A stretch of 18,846 nucleotides of DNA from NCBI GenBank assembly GCA_964645535.1, contig CAZYCQ010000022.1:27400-46245 (forward strand), in the 5' to 3' direction. The DNA is from an uncultured archaeon. GTDB lineage: Archaea; Asgardarchaeota; Heimdallarchaeia; Heimdallarchaeales; Kariarchaeaceae. Position numbers and translations under genes: made by a program. The notes under the pieces were generated by a model. The model was not told the origin of the DNA. It saw only the letters and a list, made by a program, of their open reading frames with translations, and did no database searches. Below are positions 16,395-18,846 of the stretch, piece after piece (position 1 is the first letter of the stretch; every line of letters begins with the position of its first letter).

Positions 16395-18846
16395 ATATAT
16401 TATTCCTCCTCCCACCATTGCATACCCAAGCGACCATGCAATGACTTTCAGCAATTCCCTCTCAAATAGCCAAGGAATGCTAGGATGGGTTGTGGAGTTC
16501 CAGGATTGCAGACCGTTCAACAACCAGAAAACCCTCCAGGAAAAGTAGGCAACCCCTATGCTTAATGCAGACAACATGACCCCAATGAGTTCCGCTCTGC
16601 GATATTGTTCCAGAAACCTCTTCTTGTTCAATCCTCTTTGGTGAAGAACTGCCAATGTCTCAACATCGATGATGTTCAGCAGGACTGTTGCGGCTGGCAA
16701 AAGAACCATGAAAAACCAGAAATGGTTGAGGATGTAATTGTTTTCCAATTCCTGTTTCAACATGAGATAGGAAGATCCGTAGCTCCATCCATTCTGCTGT
16801 GCGATTCTTCCTCGCGGATCGAACCCCGAATTCATATGGATTTGCGCTAAAAATTTGGTTCCAAATGAATTTCTTATGGTTTCAAAAAGAGTGTCTAATT
16901 CCTCTGCGGATTGAAGGTCATCTCTGACATCCAAGAAGTATCCGAAAACGTGAATGTTCGCCTCTGTTTTATTCGACAATTTCATATAAAGATCCTTGGA
17001 AAGAAAGATGGTCTTTGAAAAATCTGATCGAATTCCTGTAAAGATACCTGAGGTAATGGCTCCAACTTTGACAACTGCTTCAAATCTCTCCCTGTCGTCA
17101 TTCTCCAAGGTTATTTTCAGGTCATCATTGACCTGCAAATTCATTTTGACTGCTAGTGGACCGGTCACAATTACATCATTTATGTCCCGTTGGCTCCAGA
17201 CGTCCTTTGCAAAAAGTGGCTGATATACTCGTTGCGTAAATTCCTTTGACGTAGCAATCAACCTGGCCAATGCATCGAAGTCGATCACCATTACCGTTGT
17301 TAAATCTGTGCCAATGTACCCTGCCATTGATGCATAGGGAACTGCTTGGTTGATTTCATCCAATGTGTTCAGGTTTTCCACTTCGGGAAAGAACAGATCG
17401 TGGCTTGATATTGGGGAGACCGCGATATCTCCCGGAATGGCCTCTTCTCCCTTGTATTCATAATGTCTTGCAAGACCTGCAACACTGAGAAAAAGCAACA
17501 GCACAAGTATCACGCTCCGGTATGCTACCAGATGGCTAGGTCTTTTCACGACCGTTCCTATGACCTGAAAACGTCTTATTTTGATGGCGGGGATCTCTCG
17601 ATAGAATACCACAACGAGCAGGCCGTTGCTTGCCATGAGTGTTGGCAGCATATCATTCATACTTGACGAAGGTCTTGTCCATGACACAACCAACGGAAGC
17701 AGAACCAAAAGAAGAATTATCCCTGCTAAAAGTTTTAGCCCATTTCTTCCAAGCCAACCTTGCGGTATTGGTGATTTTGATGTGCCCCTTGTCCTACTCA
17801 ACATATCTAGCATCTTTACCAATGAGACCTTCAACGCCAGCTTCCAACAGATGGCCGCAATCCCTGCCATCAGTACGGTGAGAATGCTTAGATTCATGAG
17901 TATGTAGTCGTTGATTCCGATTATCAATCGATCTGTCCGGGTTTCAAGAAGCCATATGATAAAATACATCAATATGACTAGGCTTCCAAGAGATACGATG
18001 TTGGTCATGAAAATCCCAAAAAGAACCGATGAACTCCGTTTCCTGTCATAACCCCGAAGATTTAGGATATCGACAGTCTTTTCCAACTGACGCCTTTGTT
18101 CTCTGATGGAGAGCACCAATAATCCAACAAGCATTGCAGTGGTGATGGAATATATTCCTATACTTTCCAAAATTCTGAACCAATTCTCATTCTCATATTT
18201 TGCCAAGTTTTTATCCAAAAGTATGTTGTATATGATTTGGTTACTTTTCGACTCAGCAGTAAAAAGTTGAACCTCTCTGGTGACCTGCTGTGTGATGTCT
18301 TTGACTTTTTTCCTGAATCCGCTCCCTTGGGGAATCTCCCCGTTCCAAGGTCCCCAAAATTCTGCAAAAGAGGCGTTTCCCACAACTGGCAATTGCTCGA
18401 GAATTGGCAGTTTTTGCCATGGCAGAACCATGAAATTATAGGATGTAAAATTCACTCCTTCTTTGCTAAAGGTGGAAATGAAATGAGATTTTGTGAATAC
18501 ATAGGGATAGGCAAGGTATAGTTGTGTGTCTGTTGGTATATGTCCCTCAGTATATTGGATGGAGTATCCTGTAAGGTTCACATCTGCAAGCATCTGTTCC
18601 GTAATTGTGAAATTCAGATGCGGGGAAACCATTATCTCGTTTTCCAGCTCTGAAGAAAATATCAAAAGAACAGGTTTACCTGAACCGAATTCTAGGGCTT
18701 GATTGGAGAAGTACATTGTGGTGAGGTCCATATGTTCATCGATATCGACCAATCTGTCCCTCAGGCCTTTTAGTTCCGCCATTATTCCATTGTCATAGGA
18801 AGAAACGGGATAATAAATAGCATATAGGTCAAAAATCGATCCATTC
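16317..18846 (-). CDS. Permease A copy 3: large MacB/FtsX-like permease, 5'-partial, with a non-homologous C-terminal tail
   Basis: The frame stays open past 18782 to the window edge (NGSIFDLYAIYYPVSSYDNGIMAEL, aligning to YGWIFDFYAVYYPVFSFDKKILTEL of copy 2). The true start should be about 50 codons outside the window. Confidence 0.88.
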   Translation of the reverse strand, partial: NGSIFDLYAIYYPVSSYDNGIMAELKGLRDRLVDIDEHMDLTTMYFSNQALEFGSGKPVLLIFSSELENEIMVSPHLNFTITEQMLADVNLTGYSIQYTEGHIPTDTQLYLAYPYVFTKSHFISTFSKEGVNFTSYNFMVLPWQKLPILEQLPVVGNASFAEFWGPWNGEIPQGSGFRKKVKDITQQVTREVQLFTAESKSNQIIYNILLDKNLAKYENENWFRILESIGIYSITTAMLVGLLVLSIREQRRQLEKTVDILNLRGYDRKRSSSVLFGIFMTNIVSLGSLVILMYFIIWLLETRTDRLIIGINDYILMNLSILTVLMAGIAAICWKLALKVSLVKMLDMLSRTRGTSKSPIPQGWLGRNGLKLLAGIILLLVLLPLVVSWTRPSSSMNDMLPTLMASNGLLVVVFYREIPAIKIRRFQVIGTVVKRPSHLVAYRSVILVLLLFLSVAGLARHYEYKGEEAIPGDIAVSPISSHDLFFPEVENLNTLDEINQAVPYASMAGYIGTDLTTVMVIDFDALARLIATSKEFTQRVYQPLFAKDVWSQRDINDVIVTGPLAVKMNLQVNDDLKITLENDDRERFEAVVKVGAITSGIFTGIRSDFSKTIFLSKDLYMKLSNKTEANIHVFGYFLDVRDDLQSAEELDTLFETIRNSFGTKFLAQIHMNSGFDPRGRIAQQNGWSYGSSYLMLKQELENNYILNHFWFFMVLLPAATVLLNIIDVETLAVLHQRGLNKKRFLEQYRRAELIGVMLSALSIGVAYFSWRVFWLLNGLQSWNSTTHPSIPWLFERELLKVIAWSLGYAMVGGGIIYVNQDWVYSRISRFFRFPIWKVLGRY
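16395..16748 (+). repeat. Direct repeat R2, copy b (3' end of permease A3)
   Basis: Identical to 12595-12948 except for one base (16404 vs 12604). Confidence 0.97.

Noticed and set aside
12595-16748. Repeat pair R2 (and R1) as DGR template/variable repeats
   Set aside because: R2 is essentially identical. R1 mismatches are mixed transitions, not adenine-specific. No reverse transcriptase is in the window.
6135-18521. Remaining small ORFs inside the permease and ATPase genes
   Set aside because: Antisense or off-frame shadows typical of hydrophobic AT-rich genes, with no independent support.

Overview
Probably an archaeal chromosome window. TATA boxes sit about 22-23 nt before several start codons, and GGTGA/GGAG ribosome sites and oligo-T terminators are present. 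The secreted prenyltransferase-repeat protein and long FtsX-like permeases fit an Asgard/Heimdallarchaeia-like host, but that is inference. The left part holds a partial secreted prenyltransferase/squalene-oxidase-repeat protein (minus strand, missing from the ORF track) and a divergent uvrA. From the uvrA stop to the right edge lies a tandem array of three related modules. Each has a ~880-aa MacB/FtsX-type permease ('permease A'). Modules 1 and 2 also have a divergently transcribed ~185-aa secreted protein with invariant termini (EVLYEFLIEYR...GGG-PVPIE) and a variable core. Only module 2 keeps the ABC ATPase and a second permease ('permease B'). In module 1 both are deleted to pseudogene stubs, and in module 3 they are absent. 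Two direct repeats bound the modules: a ~200-bp duplicate of the uvrA 3' end/permease B 3' end junction, and a 344-bp identical copy of the permease A 3' end. The best candidate novel system is a recombination-built array of cognate secreted-protein/permease specificity cassettes sharing one ABC motor. No integrase, transposase, RT, CRISPR or RNA gene was seen.
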